Assembly: GCA_043228905.1 (NCBI GenBank)
Contig: JBHGNT010000003.1
Coordinates: 6,324,001 to 6,388,000 of the forward strand
Direction of reading: 5' to 3'
DNA: 64,000 bases
From: Azolla caroliniana
Taxonomy: Eukaryota > Plantae > Polypodiophyta
Below, in pieces: positions 12,061-25,562 of this stretch (the first letter of the stretch is position 1; each line of letters starts with the position of its first letter). The notes under the pieces were generated by a model. The model searched no databases. It saw only the letters and a list, made by a program, of their open reading frames with translations, and had not been told where the DNA came from. A program made the translations under genes and the position numbers.

Positions 12061-12786
12061 CCATAGTTCTAGCCTTACTTCCCATTTGTGCCATACTCAT
12101 ACGTGAATATTCAAATCATACTCATATGTGTGATGACTCAAGTATGATTGAAATGCATTCATATATTGTGAGATTTTCTTCTCCCTTTATATACGTGGTT
12201 TCCTTCCTCTTCTTTCACACTGTGTGTTTTACTCCCCTTATTCAAATTTGAGTCTTTCTTATCAGTGATATTGCATTGTGTGATTGATTTTTCTTCTTTC
12301 TTTTTCTTTATGATTATCTTCTTCTTCCACTTCCAAACATTTTTCTTCCTCTCCATCATCTTCTTCTCTACATATATCTATTTCTTCTTCATCGTCATAT
12401 TTTCTTTATCATATATTAAACTTTCTATATGTTTTTTTTGTCCATCGTCTTCTTCTTTATGTATTTCTGTTTTTGCATGTTTACATAGGAACCCGTTGAA
12501 GGTTCAAAGATTGCGCGCACACCCTGTTCGTTTCCTAAAAGAAAAAAAAAAGAAAAAAAAAGAATATCGCGTAGTATACATGAACGTATACAAGCGTTCG
12601 TATATGTTTGCCAGATTGGACATATGCGAATATTAGGAACTAGGATTAGAGCTAGGGTTTAGGGTTTATACAGACTTATTATTCCATGTTAGCTGAGTTG
12701 GTGTTAGAGTTGGTCCATTTTCTATTATTCAAACTTTTAGTCTTTTTGTTGTTGGTAGTTGGGTTCTTCATTCATGGCTCTTCTTA

Positions 12787-13171
12787 ACAATAAGCAACGG
12801 TTTGGTTTGAACCGAACCAAACCACGAAACCGTGGTTTAAATAGTTTAATGGTTATTTATTTATTTATTATTATTTTTTAAATTTAAAAAATTGTTTTTA
12901 AACAATCTTTTCATTTTCATGCCTTATTCTCACATTTTAGGAAAATCTTTAAAATTTTGAAAATTTAAATAATGAAAAATTTCAAAATTTAAATTTGACC
13001 TAAGCTGAAAACCGAGACCGAACCACGAAACCGCGGTTTTACCCGTTTAATGGTTTTAACACTTTGAACTTTTTTAATGTTTCGGTTCGGTTCAGGTTTC
13101 TAAAAATTTAAACGGTTCGGTTTAAAACTGGTTCGGTTTTGTACCTCTTGAACCGAACCGTTGCCGATTCC
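12787..13171. mobile_element. MITE-like element (AACCG/CGGTT-rich) directly upstream of TERT
   Basis: Right end CGTTGCCGATTCC matches the TIR of the element at 30465-30741; degenerate left end caataagcaacgg; multiple aaccgaacc/ggttcggtt subterminal motifs around an AT-rich core. Confidence 0.6.
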
Positions 13172-13322
13172 TCCAGAAACAGAGGATTCCCTCCAGAAAC
13201 AGGGGCACAGGGAAAAAGAAAGAGAAGCGAAAACAGAGATGGAGAAGATGAACATACAGAAGACGACGACGACGATGAAACAGAAGAAGAAGAAGAAGAA
13301 GACGAAGAAGAAGAAGATGTCA

Positions 13323-16300
13323 ATGTCCAGGAAGCATAAGATGAAGCTGTGCATCCTCTCGTCCCTCTATCCTCCCCACCGTCTCCTCACGTTGAAGGAT
13401 CTCCTCACCTCCCTCCTCCTTCCCAGCTTCCCATCACCAGAATCAGCCCGAGCTTCCCTTATCCACAAGGATGACCCTGAAGAATACGTTTCTCTGCTCC
13501 AACATGGCTATGGAATCCTTTCCGATTCTGCTCCTCCCATCGGTGTTTCTTCTTTGGAGGAAAAATGGACTCATCAAGAGGTATCCATCTTGGGCACCCT
13601 CCTCCCATTTTTCTATTCCAAAGTCATATTCATCATCATCATCATCTTCTTCTTCTTCGTGTTGCTATGAGTAACATGAATTTGGTTCTTATTTTTAGTT
13701 CAAACCTGTTTCTGGTATGAAGACATGAAATTTATCTTTTGTTATGAAGGAAAGAAGGAATGACCACACCACACTCATTTTTGTCTTAATTTTTCCATGA
13801 TTGAAAGGACTGGACATATCATTATGGCTAGATTATGCCCTATGCTATGAATATAGGAATGGCTAAATTACTTCACCCTTGTCTCATAGAGATGACATTG
13901 CAAGGAGGCAGCTTTTTGCATGGGATTTGGTAGACATGGAGTCAAATGTGAACTTGTCGAAGATAGAGGTCAATCATTCAAAAGATGTATAGAAATGGGA
14001 GTAATGATCACGTTTCAAAAGTCAAATCATATTTTCAATGTCAATTCTCGTTTAAGATAAAAGAAATCAAAATTAATTTCACTATAAGAACTCCAGCTAT
14101 TGAAGTTTCTAAATAACTTAACTGTTGGAACGGTGGAGAGCTTATATACTATGACAGATTGTTAAAGTTGTATCATCTGAGATCCTTTTGTATACCTTTG
14201 TTTGTTTCCTTTTGGGAAAAAATGTCCTTAATTGCAGTTTGCTAACTTCCAAGACATCAGTCTCACAGAAAATGTAGGGCTATTTATGATCCAATACTCT
14301 CTCCCCTTATCTTAGTTGTATTTCTGATTTTAGACTAAAGCTATATTTCATAATGTAGGTTATTGAAAGAGCAATACAAATACAATTTCGACAAGGGAAT
14401 AATACTTCGAATGTGTTATGTTTTGGATTTCAGCAGGTGACCGCATGTTTGTTTCAGCAAGTGTAAATGGCTTGTTATTTCCTATTTTTTATGCTCCAAT
14501 CATTTGCAGCCTCGGCCAAGCTCAAGTTTAGGGACAGAGAGAATCACACCTTCTGGCCTTGCGTGTGTTTCTGATAGTGCTGCAATTGCAATTCTGAGTT
14601 GTCAAGCATGGAACAAAATCCATTCCAGGGTATAATGTTCAAATATGCATATTTGTTTTGACAAAATCTTATTATCTCTAGGATAATGCAGTATGAAAAT
14701 GTGGAATTTGTTGAAGTGGGGCATTTTAGTCCAATAAAATGCGTTATGCAAAGGGCATGTGCAATGTAACTTCTTGACCATTTGGTTTGGCTGAACCCTA
14801 AACGTCACATATTTACCATTGACACTATGCATATGCACAAGTTCATTTAGTCATAGATGATAGGAAGAGTGTACTAGCGATTAACACTGAAGTTAATCTC
14901 TATATCAGAGGATTTAGACATGTTTGAGGGTGGCAGCTCCAGACCTGCACTCTCTTTCATCTTTATTATCTTTGTTCTACATTCTCTCTCTTCCTAGATT
15001 CTTCTCTCGCTAGAATCAGCAACTCTTTAAATGCCTTCTTTCTTTAGAATCTGCAATGCGTTAAATGCCTTCTCCCTCTTCGACTTTTTCTAAGATATTC
15101 CCCCTTATTCCTAGTTTGTTGTACCTGTTTAATAGTACAAGGCTCACTTAACTACCAAACAACCATTTCACCCACATTCCCCAATTTTGTATAAATAGGC
15201 TATATCAGCCTCTTTTGTAAAGACTTAGTAGGCTATACCAGTCTACTGAAAACAAGCACGAAGCTAGTACTTCTCTAGTCATAATAAGACTGTTATTCAC
15301 ATTGATGATTTCTGCAAGAGAGAAACTGACTATATGCGGGAAAATAGGTTTAGATGATCCATGTAACTTCTACATTTAAAGCTGGGATGCCATGGAGTTC
15401 CAGGTTGTTCTTTGTATTCTTGGGTAGTTGTGATTGTTTGGTATAAGTTTCGTTTTGGTAGACTCATGGAAATTCCTCGAGATATTCGTTGATTGTGTTA
15501 CTGACTCAATCACAATGGCAGTATTTAATTGATGGTGGATGTTAACATGCACAAGCAGGGCACACTCATAATCATGCAATTTGTTCTCGTCCAACTAGCC
15601 TCCATGCTCTGTGTTTTCTTACTGTCAAATTTGTCTCGAACCTCGTGTGAATTATTTCTTTTATTTGGAAATCTTGAAAGCTCAATCTTTGTTGGATGTA
15701 ACAAAAATGATATATTTATATCGTTCTATTTTGTACGATGCTGCAGGTTGGTGACTCCATCATGCTTTATCTTCTATCACACACAGATATTTTTCATCCT
15801 CTTCCTCGCAGATGTTTTGTACAGGTTGCAGGCACTTCCGTAATCTTGGCTGCTGAACATTCTACTAGTGAATCATTCAATTCAGATATGCTGGGGAGTT
15901 CTAGAGGAAAGAAAGGGATAGGTATTTTGAAAAGTAGAAAAGGTAAAGCAAGTTCAAATTTTTTTGCTATGCAAGAATGTCAATACATGCTGATATGTAA
16001 CGTATGTAGTTATTTTTGCTATCAAAAAATTTCTTTAGAGATAGAGCTTAAGCACTTTTTTGATGCTAAAGCATATGAATTCTCTTTAACCAAATATTTA
16101 TCAAACCTCTACTATTAGCAGGATCCTGCATAACAGCACTGATGAAAGTAGATATGACCTATTCCATAAAATTAGGTGTAGCTGTTAATAGGCACTCCCA
16201 CTTGTTCTAGGGACATTTATTTCTCGAAACCTTAATCTCTTGGCATGCTTGTGAGAGCAGACAGATCTCTCATGATTGAGATTTTGTCAAAAGCTGTGGT

Positions 16301-19300
16301 GGCAAGTCCTCTAGCATCATTTAAAAGTAGATGGCAGTTGAGGTGAAATTGTTTGTGAAGGAATCTACAAGTTGGAAACGTATTGTCTCATTAATTTTTT
16401 TAAAAATAAAACATTGGAATTTACTGAATGCACAAATTTCAGTTAGCCTGAAATCATGAAATGCCACAAAGATAAAGGTTGAATCTTGTATCAAAATGTT
16501 ATATGTGATACAAAGGCCAAAGTAGATTTATAATATGTCTGTCAAGTACGAAATTCATGGTTAAAGATCATAACTGCTGAATAAAATAAGTACAAAACGT
16601 AGAATGGACACTGCTGAAATGCATTTTTGGTTGCTTAAGATATATATATCCACACATCTATGCATGCACCTATATGGGCTGAAGTTCTGAACCAGTCTCT
16701 GATGTTTAATGATGTACAATTGTTAATAAAGTGATCTAGCACAAGGGAAACAATGTGAACCCTAAGTTGGCAACCATTATGGACTATAAATAGTGTAGCA
16801 TAACTTATTTGACATTGTGGTGATGGAGAGGGCTCCTACATAGTTTGTGTAACCTATTCTCCTTGAATATTGCACATAATTTGACAGATTTGGAAGGACC
16901 ACAACATGACCCTTCAATTTTTACATGCCATGTGGTGCTCAGGGGTTTCAATTGTGCAAAATGCATCAAAGCAAGAGCTTCACGAAGTCAATTTACATTC
17001 AAATATGTCCCATACTAATGCCGACATGGACATGGAGAACAAACAAGCTATTGCAAAATGCTCAATGGAGATAATGACTTCTGAATCTTCCAGAAAACGT
17101 CCAAGATCTTGTGGGCAGTGTTGCAAAATGAGATGTGCCAACCAAGATACTGTTGTGGCGAGTTCAGCTGTTGTAAAACAAACTATTACAAAATGTTCAA
17201 ATGATATATCAACTTCCAAATCTTCCAGAAAACGTTCAAGGCCTTCTAGCTGGCAACGCCGCAAAATGAGGAGACATGGGAACCAAGAGTTTGTCATGGC
17301 AAATTCAGGAAATGAAATTCTACAATGTGCAAATAAAATTAATGAAGCAGAGATATCTGTCAGCTGTTGCAATGCTTCGCTATCAACAAATTCCTGTATG
17401 GAAGATGGTGTGAAACTACATCTTAACAAAAAAGCTACCGCGATTAAATTTTCTGAAACTCTGGTGTCTGAGATAGAAACAGATGTATGCTTTCAAAGAA
17501 CGGATAAAGGTTTAAATGGATCAAAAATTTGGGCCAATTCCAGCTTTTTCCCATCTAATGTAATAGGATGTGGGCACCCAGATATGCGGCAAATGTATCT
17601 GCCAATGCACCCAAAACATTTCTTACAAATCAGTGCAGATCAGGATGGTACCCAAAAAAGTGATAAGCAGATTATGGAAACGCAGAATCCCATATCATCT
17701 AAGGCGACCTTAAAAGCTAAGGCAATGCCTGAATCACAGGTTTGTAATTTCTAGATCTGCATTAAACCATTTCATCTCTGTTTGTACAGAGTTGTTGATA
17801 GTTTTATAGTAATGTTTTCATTCATTCTTCATTTTCATAGGATCTATAGGTGTGAGTATCGATTAAAATAAATGAATATTGAAAGTTGTTCTAGATTGTA
17901 ATTACTATATCCAATATATTATGATATTATTATAAAAGCTGCTACTTGTCCTAGATTATAATCACTACCATCCACTGTATTATGATATTATTATAAAAGT
18001 TTTTATTTGTTAATACTCTCTTATGTTTGTCTATTTGCATGGAAATTCTCTCAAATTTGCATTAAATTGACACAGAATCCATAGTAGGGATGATACTATA
18101 AGTACAAGAACTAGAGGATCTAGAAATAAATATCCAAAGTTACATACAATGACTAGTATGGCCTCCGATAAGAATGAATGATGAATCAGTGAGGTGTTGT
18201 GTAGATGCCATACAAGTAGTTGTCTGCATCAAATCCATTATGCTCATATTCAGTGAGCTATCAATAATATAAAATCACCATATTGAAACAGATCAATTAG
18301 TTCTTTTAGGAGGAAATCTTAATCAAACTTTGTAGAATTTATTTTGTAATAGTAAATAGGAATCTTGAAAATATAATTCTAATCATATCAACAGGGGACA
18401 GAAATGGGAAGAAAGGTGATTGATCGTGCAAGAATGTTTTATAAAGCAAAATTTCCACACCATGCAGGATTACCAAAGAACCGTATCCTTTCCATTCTGT
18501 TCTCTTTTGTTTCTTGTATGAGAGCAGTATTACTCTGATTTTCTTCCTTACCTTCCTTATGTATGATCATACACAATAAGAAGCTTTTATCATACTATCT
18601 CAAAAATAGGTACCTCTTTACTGTTTTTGAATGGTTATTAGATTGCCCCTTGTGAATGCATGTCATATACCTACTCTCTTTATGTGAATCAGTTATGTGA
18701 GTTTCGAGAACTCATTATCCAAATAATGAACCGTTTTCTTTGGAAAAGCCAGATTATTACATAGACCTCGATATTGAGAAGTATTTCTCTTAGTCTAGAC
18801 CCTTAACTGGAGGTGTAGATATATTACACAAGCTAAAATGTACATATAATGATGCAGCAATCCTATTTAAAGATATCTTTGGGCAGCAAAGTGTATGCAA
18901 CTTGAATGATTCTGGGCAATGTGGTTGTCTGTTTTCTAAGAAGTAAGGCGTGTATTTTACTGATAGATTCAAATTAAGCTTATCATTTGAAAATTTATCA
19001 CGTAATGAGAGCCACTATCTGCAGTGTTTTAATCTTGCTGTATGTTATTATTGGAATTCTCAAAACTGTTTTTGTAATGCTATTATTGCAAGTCTTTTGG
19101 GTTGTCTAGGCCATTTTGAATTGCTGGGTTTTCAGAAGCATCTTTTTTTCTGCCTATTTTTGGTAGGTGACAGATACTAATTTATGTAATGCTTTATATT
19201 GGAGTCGTAACAGTGCTCTTTAAGATTTATGTTTATCTTTATCAAATATTTATTTATTTGCCGTCCAGACTTATTATGTGTTGATTCAACTTGATTCTAT

Positions 19301-22300
19301 GATCAATCAGCAGAAATGTAACCGTTCTATCTTGAATGTCCAGATATCAAGAATGGATGTATTGTCTACTTAGAAAACTGATCTCAAATGCTAAACATTG
19401 TCAATATGCTTGTCTTCTTGAACGCCATTGCCCTGCAATACATTTCAAAGCATCAATGCAGCCTCTGAAATGCAAGGTGTGCAAGTTTCTATTCCATTGA
19501 GTTTTGTTTTTGTTCTTCTCGTTGTATGGTTGCATTTCTTGGATGAATTTCTTGTGTGGTTGTATTTAAACTCAGAACGTTTTCTCTGTAGAAAACCATT
19601 TTATGCCATCTGAAAGGTTCTGTGACTCAGAACAAGAAGTTGTGTACTACTTCGAGCAGTGGTGAGATTTTTTGGTCATGTGAGAAAATCCAGTTGTCCT
19701 TTTATTCTCTATTGCGAATTCTCTTATTGATTTAACATTCATACATGAACGCAGAGAATAATGTTGTTTCATCTGAAACAAATTTTTCCGAGCTTTTTTC
19801 TAGTCACAGTCAAGTCGTTGCATTCCTATGGGCTGTTTGTAGAAGAGTTATACCCGAGGACCTTCTAGGCTCAAAAGCTAACTGGAGAACATTAAGAAAA
19901 AATATCTTTGATTTTGTTCATCTCCGGAGGTATGAATGCTGTACTCTGCAGCAATGCATGTTTAAGCTCAAACTTTCAGGGTATCTCTGGTGTCAAGAGC
20001 AGAGCCTTGCAGGTTACAAAACTATATTTACTTCAGATGATCTTGGTGAAGGTATGCTAAACTTGAAAGATATTTTATAATTTCTATATTGGATATTGTT
20101 ATTACACTATCCCATTTTTTGTTTCCAAAAGGAAATAGTTTTAAATGCAACATTCAAGCTAGTTGGTAGAGTTTTCATTGGAGTGCACGATGAAACATGC
20201 TCGTTTCTTTTTTCTTGTAGAATATCAGAATTTGCTGATGCATGGAGTGGTTAATGATGCAAGGGAATTTAAATCAGAAAAATGTGTGATGAGGGAATCT
20301 TTCATACACAGAGGCAAGAAGAAAAACTTCAGCTCACAAAGGTCAGGGAGGATCATGTTAGAAAAGTGGATAGAATGGCTATTCTCCAGCTTACTAATCC
20401 CTTTGCTTCAGGCTCATTTTTATGTCACAGAAAGTGAAAAGTACAGGCAAGATGTACTCTTCTATAGAAAGTGTGTGTGGGCTAAGATGAAAAATGTGGC
20501 CCTTGCTGATATGCTAAAATCTAATTTTACAAGAATGAGTACCAAGTCCACTGTCAAATTGCTGAAGGATAGAGCTCTGGGATACTCAAGGGCTCGTCTA
20601 CTTCCAAAAAAATCAGGCATGCGATTGATTGCAAACTTGGGTAGTTTTTCTGCTTTGCCAGATCCTTCAAACAACCAGAAGAATGTCAAAAGAATTTCTG
20701 TAGCAGCACGCAGTAGTCAGGGTTCAATTGCGTCATCAAAATGTTTTAGCAAAAGTCAGATATTAACTCAAAAAAATGAAAGGCTTGCAGCACAATCAAC
20801 AACGGCCATGGATAAAAAGCTAGTAACAGTTCAGGAGGGTGTAAAGCTAAAAACATTCCGATCCAAATTGGTTTTCAGGCCCATCAATATTATTTTACGA
20901 GATGTACATTATTGTCTTAAGTTTGAGCAAGAAAATCACAGTGCAAATCTTGGATGTTCTGTTTTCGATTACAACGACATCTATCTCAAGCTAATACCAT
21001 TCATTGTAGACTTCAAAAGTAGCCAAAAAGCTTCCTCTCCATTATATCTAGTAGTATGCGACATCCTCAAAGCATACGATACTATAAAGCAGGACAAACT
21101 GATTGATATCATGGAGGAATTCATACAAGAACCAGAATATTGTGTGAGGCGTTATAGCTATACATCACGAAGTTTGAAATCTCTTGCATCACCACCACTG
21201 AAGCCCATAAAGGTTCGGCGTGAGAGATCTGCAATGTCTATGGAAAAAAGGATGAATTTTTTGGAAGATTTCATACAAATGGCTGCAAAGCATGTAAATG
21301 CTGTTTGTGTTGATCAGGTGTGCAGCTCATCTTAAGTAGTTATAATGATTTCATTTTTCTTTTTTTTCACGCGTAAGAGCAAACAAGGTTTATTGTTTCA
21401 GGCACACACAACTAACATGAAAGAAAAGTACATTAAAAACATTCTTCAAGAGCACATAATGAGGAATGTGGTGCAGATAGGCCAACAATTCTATCTGCAA
21501 GTGGTGGGGATCCCACAAGGAAGCATACTCTCTTCCTTGTTTTGCTCATTATACTTTGGACATCTTGAAAGGTATAGGTTAGCATTACCTCTGCATCTGA
21601 ATCAAAACAGAAGCAATGCAGAAATATACCCACCACCCCCTTCGGGTCATAAAAGAGAAAGTTCTGCCATGAAGATTGGTGATGCTCCCAGATGTCTCGA
21701 TAAAAGTAGTGATTGCAGTCTTCTCACAAACTCTTGTATCAGAGCAGAATGGCCACGGAATATTCTTCTGAGATTGGTTGATGATTTCTTGTTTATCTCC
21801 GATTCTCAAGACAATGCAATTGACTTTGTCATAAAAATGCACAAGGGATTTGTTGATTATAATTGTGTGGCAAATAGGCGAAAAACAGCTTTAAGCTTTG
21901 ATGGACATATAGGCGGATCCCAGTTGAAAATGAATGTTTACAGAACTGAAGATGGGGCATGCTATATGCGATGGAGTGGATTGCTCATCAATTGCAACAC
22001 GCTTGAGGTTCAGGCTGATTATACCAGGTAGCAATGCTATATTAGATAATTTGTGAATTCCCCAATTTCCACTTGTATAATTTTGTATAAAATGCATTCA
22101 AAACAGACAATAGTCACATATGACATCATTAGAAACTTCTTCATTAGTATATCCTCTTAGAATTATTTTCAGAAAATGTACTCAAGATGTATGTTAGACA
22201 CAATGTCATCATTATATTCCCGAATCAGTGACCTAAAACTGTGTATACAAGATATGTCAGGAACAATGTCATCAATTCCAGTCCCAAATCAGTGAGATTA

Positions 22301-23626
22301 TCTTAAATAAAGCTGTGTTTTAGCTCAAACTTGCGCTCCCTTGATTGCTACTATTATTATCAGAAAATTAAAGTTTTTGTGGTGTAATGTATGCATAGGT
22401 ATGCGGGTATTAATCTACAATCAACATTGACGGTATGGAGAAGAAACAATCAAGGGTGTCACCTCATGACAAAGCTATGCCAGTTTATGCGACCCAAATG
22501 CCATCCTATATTTTATGACACCAACATTAACTCACCAGCAACGGCTTTTCTCAATGCCTATCAAGCCTTTCTTTTGTGTGCAATGAAGTTTCATGCATAT
22601 AATCGTTCACTTCCCTGCAATGGAAAGTGCACTCCTGAATTTGGGTTTAAAGCTATCAAGAAAACTGCGAGGTGATTCTTTAGTATTATTGTTTATTTAT
22701 TTATATGTTTTCATGTCATATTATGGATGTACTTTAGTGATAGGCGATGTTTATACTAAAACCCATGCGCCTCGGTCCAAATATCAGTAACTGCTGTAAT
22801 TCAGTAAATGCCACTTGTGAATGTCGGGTGACTGTCTCGCTCTCTCTGTGTGTCTCACTTGGAAATTGATCTAACTTCAGAATCTTGGTTTGTTATTTTC
22901 GAAGATGAGAAAACATTTTGGGATGTAATCTGCTGTCCGGTCTTATAGGCTGTTTTGGCCTCTTAAACAATGTTAATATAGATTTCTTTCTTTCTTTCTC
23001 ATACCACATCATGGCTTGCTTTATGTATCGATATCATCCTACATCATATAGCTATTAAATGATTCCATTGATTATGACATTTATATTTCAGCATTATTGG
23101 CCCTTATATTGGATATTCAGAGAAAATCCCTTCTTATACTTCGAGTTGTCTCATTAACCAACCTAAATAAACACTAGCACTTTGAATCCCGTGCATATAT
23201 ATCCTTATCTCTCTTTTGTTCATGAGCAAGAAACAGAAGCATTTCCTTTATGGATTGAGTTATTATATGAAATCATGTTGTACCCTTTACTTTTTGTATC
23301 ATAACATGCCTTTTCTTGCTTTCTGTTTCTCTAATATACATTCTTTCAGGTACATGCATTCTCTTTTAGAGCATCGAACAAGAAAGATTTCAAGTTTATC
23401 TCAAGTTAAGCCGCTAATCTCGTTGCATGCCAAAGAATTTGAATGGCTTGCGTTATGTGCTTTTCATCTAGCATTGCTGAAAAAGCAATCGAGATATAAA
23501 GAATTGCTCAGATTCATTGAAGAAGAACTCCAGTGTCATCGATATAATGAATTCCGGTCAGCACCTGCAATGACTTCAGCATTAGATGCTCGTCGATCCT
23601 CGATGTTCAAATATGTTGTTTACTAG
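13323..23626 (+). CDS. TERT: telomerase reverse transcriptase, 14 exons (~1477 aa from MSRKHK)
   Basis: Exons: 13323-13580, 14359-14436, 14510-14629, 15747-15942, 16943-17739, 18395-18482, 18819-18942, 19344-19476, 19592-19661, 19755-20051, 20221-21317, 21402-22027, 22399-22671, 23350-23626. All introns GT-AG, phases compatible, total 4434 nt. Motifs: TEN (NVLCFGF, VGDSIMLYLL, QVAG), IDRARMFY, CP (LLERHCP), QFP (QVVAFLWAVCRRVIPEDLLG), T (FYVTE), 1/2 (RLLPKKSGMRLIAN), A (CDILKAYD), B' (GIPQGSILS), C (LRLVDDFL), E (WSGLLI). Start codon uncertain (in-frame ATGs at 13239-13341). Confidence 0.96.
18483..18818 (+). other. U12-type (minor spliceosome) GT-AG intron in TERT
   Basis: Donor GTATCCTTT; branch point CCCTTAAC at 18800-18807, 11 nt before the AG; no polypyrimidine tract. 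Splicing restores conserved LPKNH|ILHKL. Confidence 0.85.
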
Positions 23627-25219
23627 CAACTCATAATTATTCATAGACTAAGTTGTCGTGGCAGTGCATAACATTTCAAGTAATCATAGCAATTTCCATT
23701 CCTAACGTAACATTTATCATCAGTATTGCACAATTCTCTATGCACTTATAGGTTTTCATAGTTTCTATAATATTATGAGTGGTGATAGTACATCAAGCTG
23801 GCATGAATGTGATTGATTTTCTGGATATTATTTTTTGTTTGTTGTAATGATGGGCACGTCCAGAATGTGCATATGAATGTTTGGTGATTTATAATTCCAC
23901 AGGTATATTGTTGGTTGGAAATCCTCAATTTGAAGTGAAAATCATAAAAGTGATAAAATGAAGAGGTGATAACAATCATAACTTCATCGTCCTTGGGCCA
24001 TTTGTTTATCAATTAATTGGTCTTCCAGCATTATTGGGCCATATAATTGTATTTATGCTGTGATCCTTATGTTACAACTGTAAACATAGGATTTTGCTGT
24101 TACTTTCAAGGTTGCCTGCAAAATTAAAATGACTTCATCTTTACATCTCATGTCGGTGATGTTTCTTTCATTATGTACTTGTCATTTGAAATGATGTTCT
24201 TGTTGGTGTGTTGCACACCATACGCATATTTGTATATGACATCATCATAACCTTCCATGGTTATTTAAGTGAGAAAAGGTCAATTGACAACATCATTCTG
24301 ATGAAGACTAATAAAGAGCAACTATAATCAAATTGATTTAAAGGACTTGTACATGATTATTCTTTAGGCTAAAACTTTGCTATGACATGCATTTTGATCA
24401 TTTTAATCAAATAGGTTTAAAGAATTTTTGCGTTATTATTCTTATGCTAAATCTTTGCTACACTATGCCATCGATCATTTAATTAAGTAGGTTTAAGAAT
24501 TTTACATTATGCAATTGATCATTTAATTACATAGGTTTAAGAATTTTTACATCATTCTTATGCAATGCATTTTGATCATTAAATCAAATAGGAAAAACTT
24601 TTGATTTGTGATCCATGCGTATGGAGCAAAATGTGTAGAGCATGATATTCAAAACTAAGATATTCTTGAGCTATGTACAAACATGTAAGCCACATGTTTT
24701 ACTTTGCATGGCCATAGTACACATACCACACCAAAATGAAGGCAATTTTTTGAGAGGGATTATGAGCATCAAAGTTGAAGACAGTTTTCTATTGATCTCC
24801 CTTGCATCATGCAACTAGTCTTGTTAATTAGTAGTTTTATTATTTCATTTAGCAAAAAATCTTAATGCAATGATTGTGAAACTGAAATAAAAGTGGGTTA
24901 TGTACATGATGTGGTGTGGCCAACTATTTGGAAGAAAACATGACCATCTTATGTTCGCATCAACTTAATAGGTAGGTGGATCGCCACCCCCAATGTCTCA
25001 ATTACCAACTTCGGAGAAAAATCTAAAACCATGGATGCATGCGGGATGAGAAAAGAAACCTACCATGTTTTGCTTATCCCTCCTATATATCCACCCAAAA
25101 ATATCATGCTCTATGCTACTGATTTTTTGTATCCAAGGCACCGATGTCGGAACCATATCCATTTTGCAATTGCTCATCAAAGATGATTATTAATGGCAAA
25201 AATTACCAAAGCTACTATC

Positions 25220-25420
25220 TCATGGATAGCCATAGAGGATACTTAATTGGTAAAATTACTATAATAAAAGCCTTCAATTACACATGGGTGCATTGATAGC
25301 CATAGAGGATACTTAATTGGTAAAATTACTATAATAAAAGACTGCAATTACCCATGGGTGCATTGATAGCCACAGATGATACTTAATTGGTAAAATTACA
25401 ATAATAAAAGCCTTCAAATA
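25220..25420. repeat. ~70-bp tandem repeat x3
   Basis: gatagccatagaggatacttaattggtaaaattactataataaaag recurs at ~25225, 25295 and 25365. Confidence 0.8.
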
Positions 25421-25562
25421 AACATGCTCCAAATTTACAAATGCATGCATGAATGAGGAATGACAATGTGAGTTTTTTTTTCCCAAAAAAGATACTATAT
25501 TAGTATTAGAAAACACCATAAAGCTAAACATACAAGATATACCGCCGATCCCCTATGTTTTT

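Noticed and set aside
12159-13354. Low-complexity ORFs (poly-F/K/S/E) upstream of TERT
   Set aside because: Translations of microsatellite and AT-rich tracts with no domain signal.
13581-14358. TERT intron 1 donor GTATCCAT as a second U12 intron
   Set aside because: Deviates from RTATCCTT and has no CCTTAAC branch point near the acceptor; treated as U2.
14840-15550. Possible solo LTR in TERT intron 3 (TATAAATAG, ends GTTAACA)
   Set aside because: Left terminus and TSD could not be fixed by eye; insufficient support.
20221-22027. TERT RT exons as a retroelement RT
   Set aside because: T motif, CP/QFP motifs, TEN domain and spliceosomal introns identify host telomerase.
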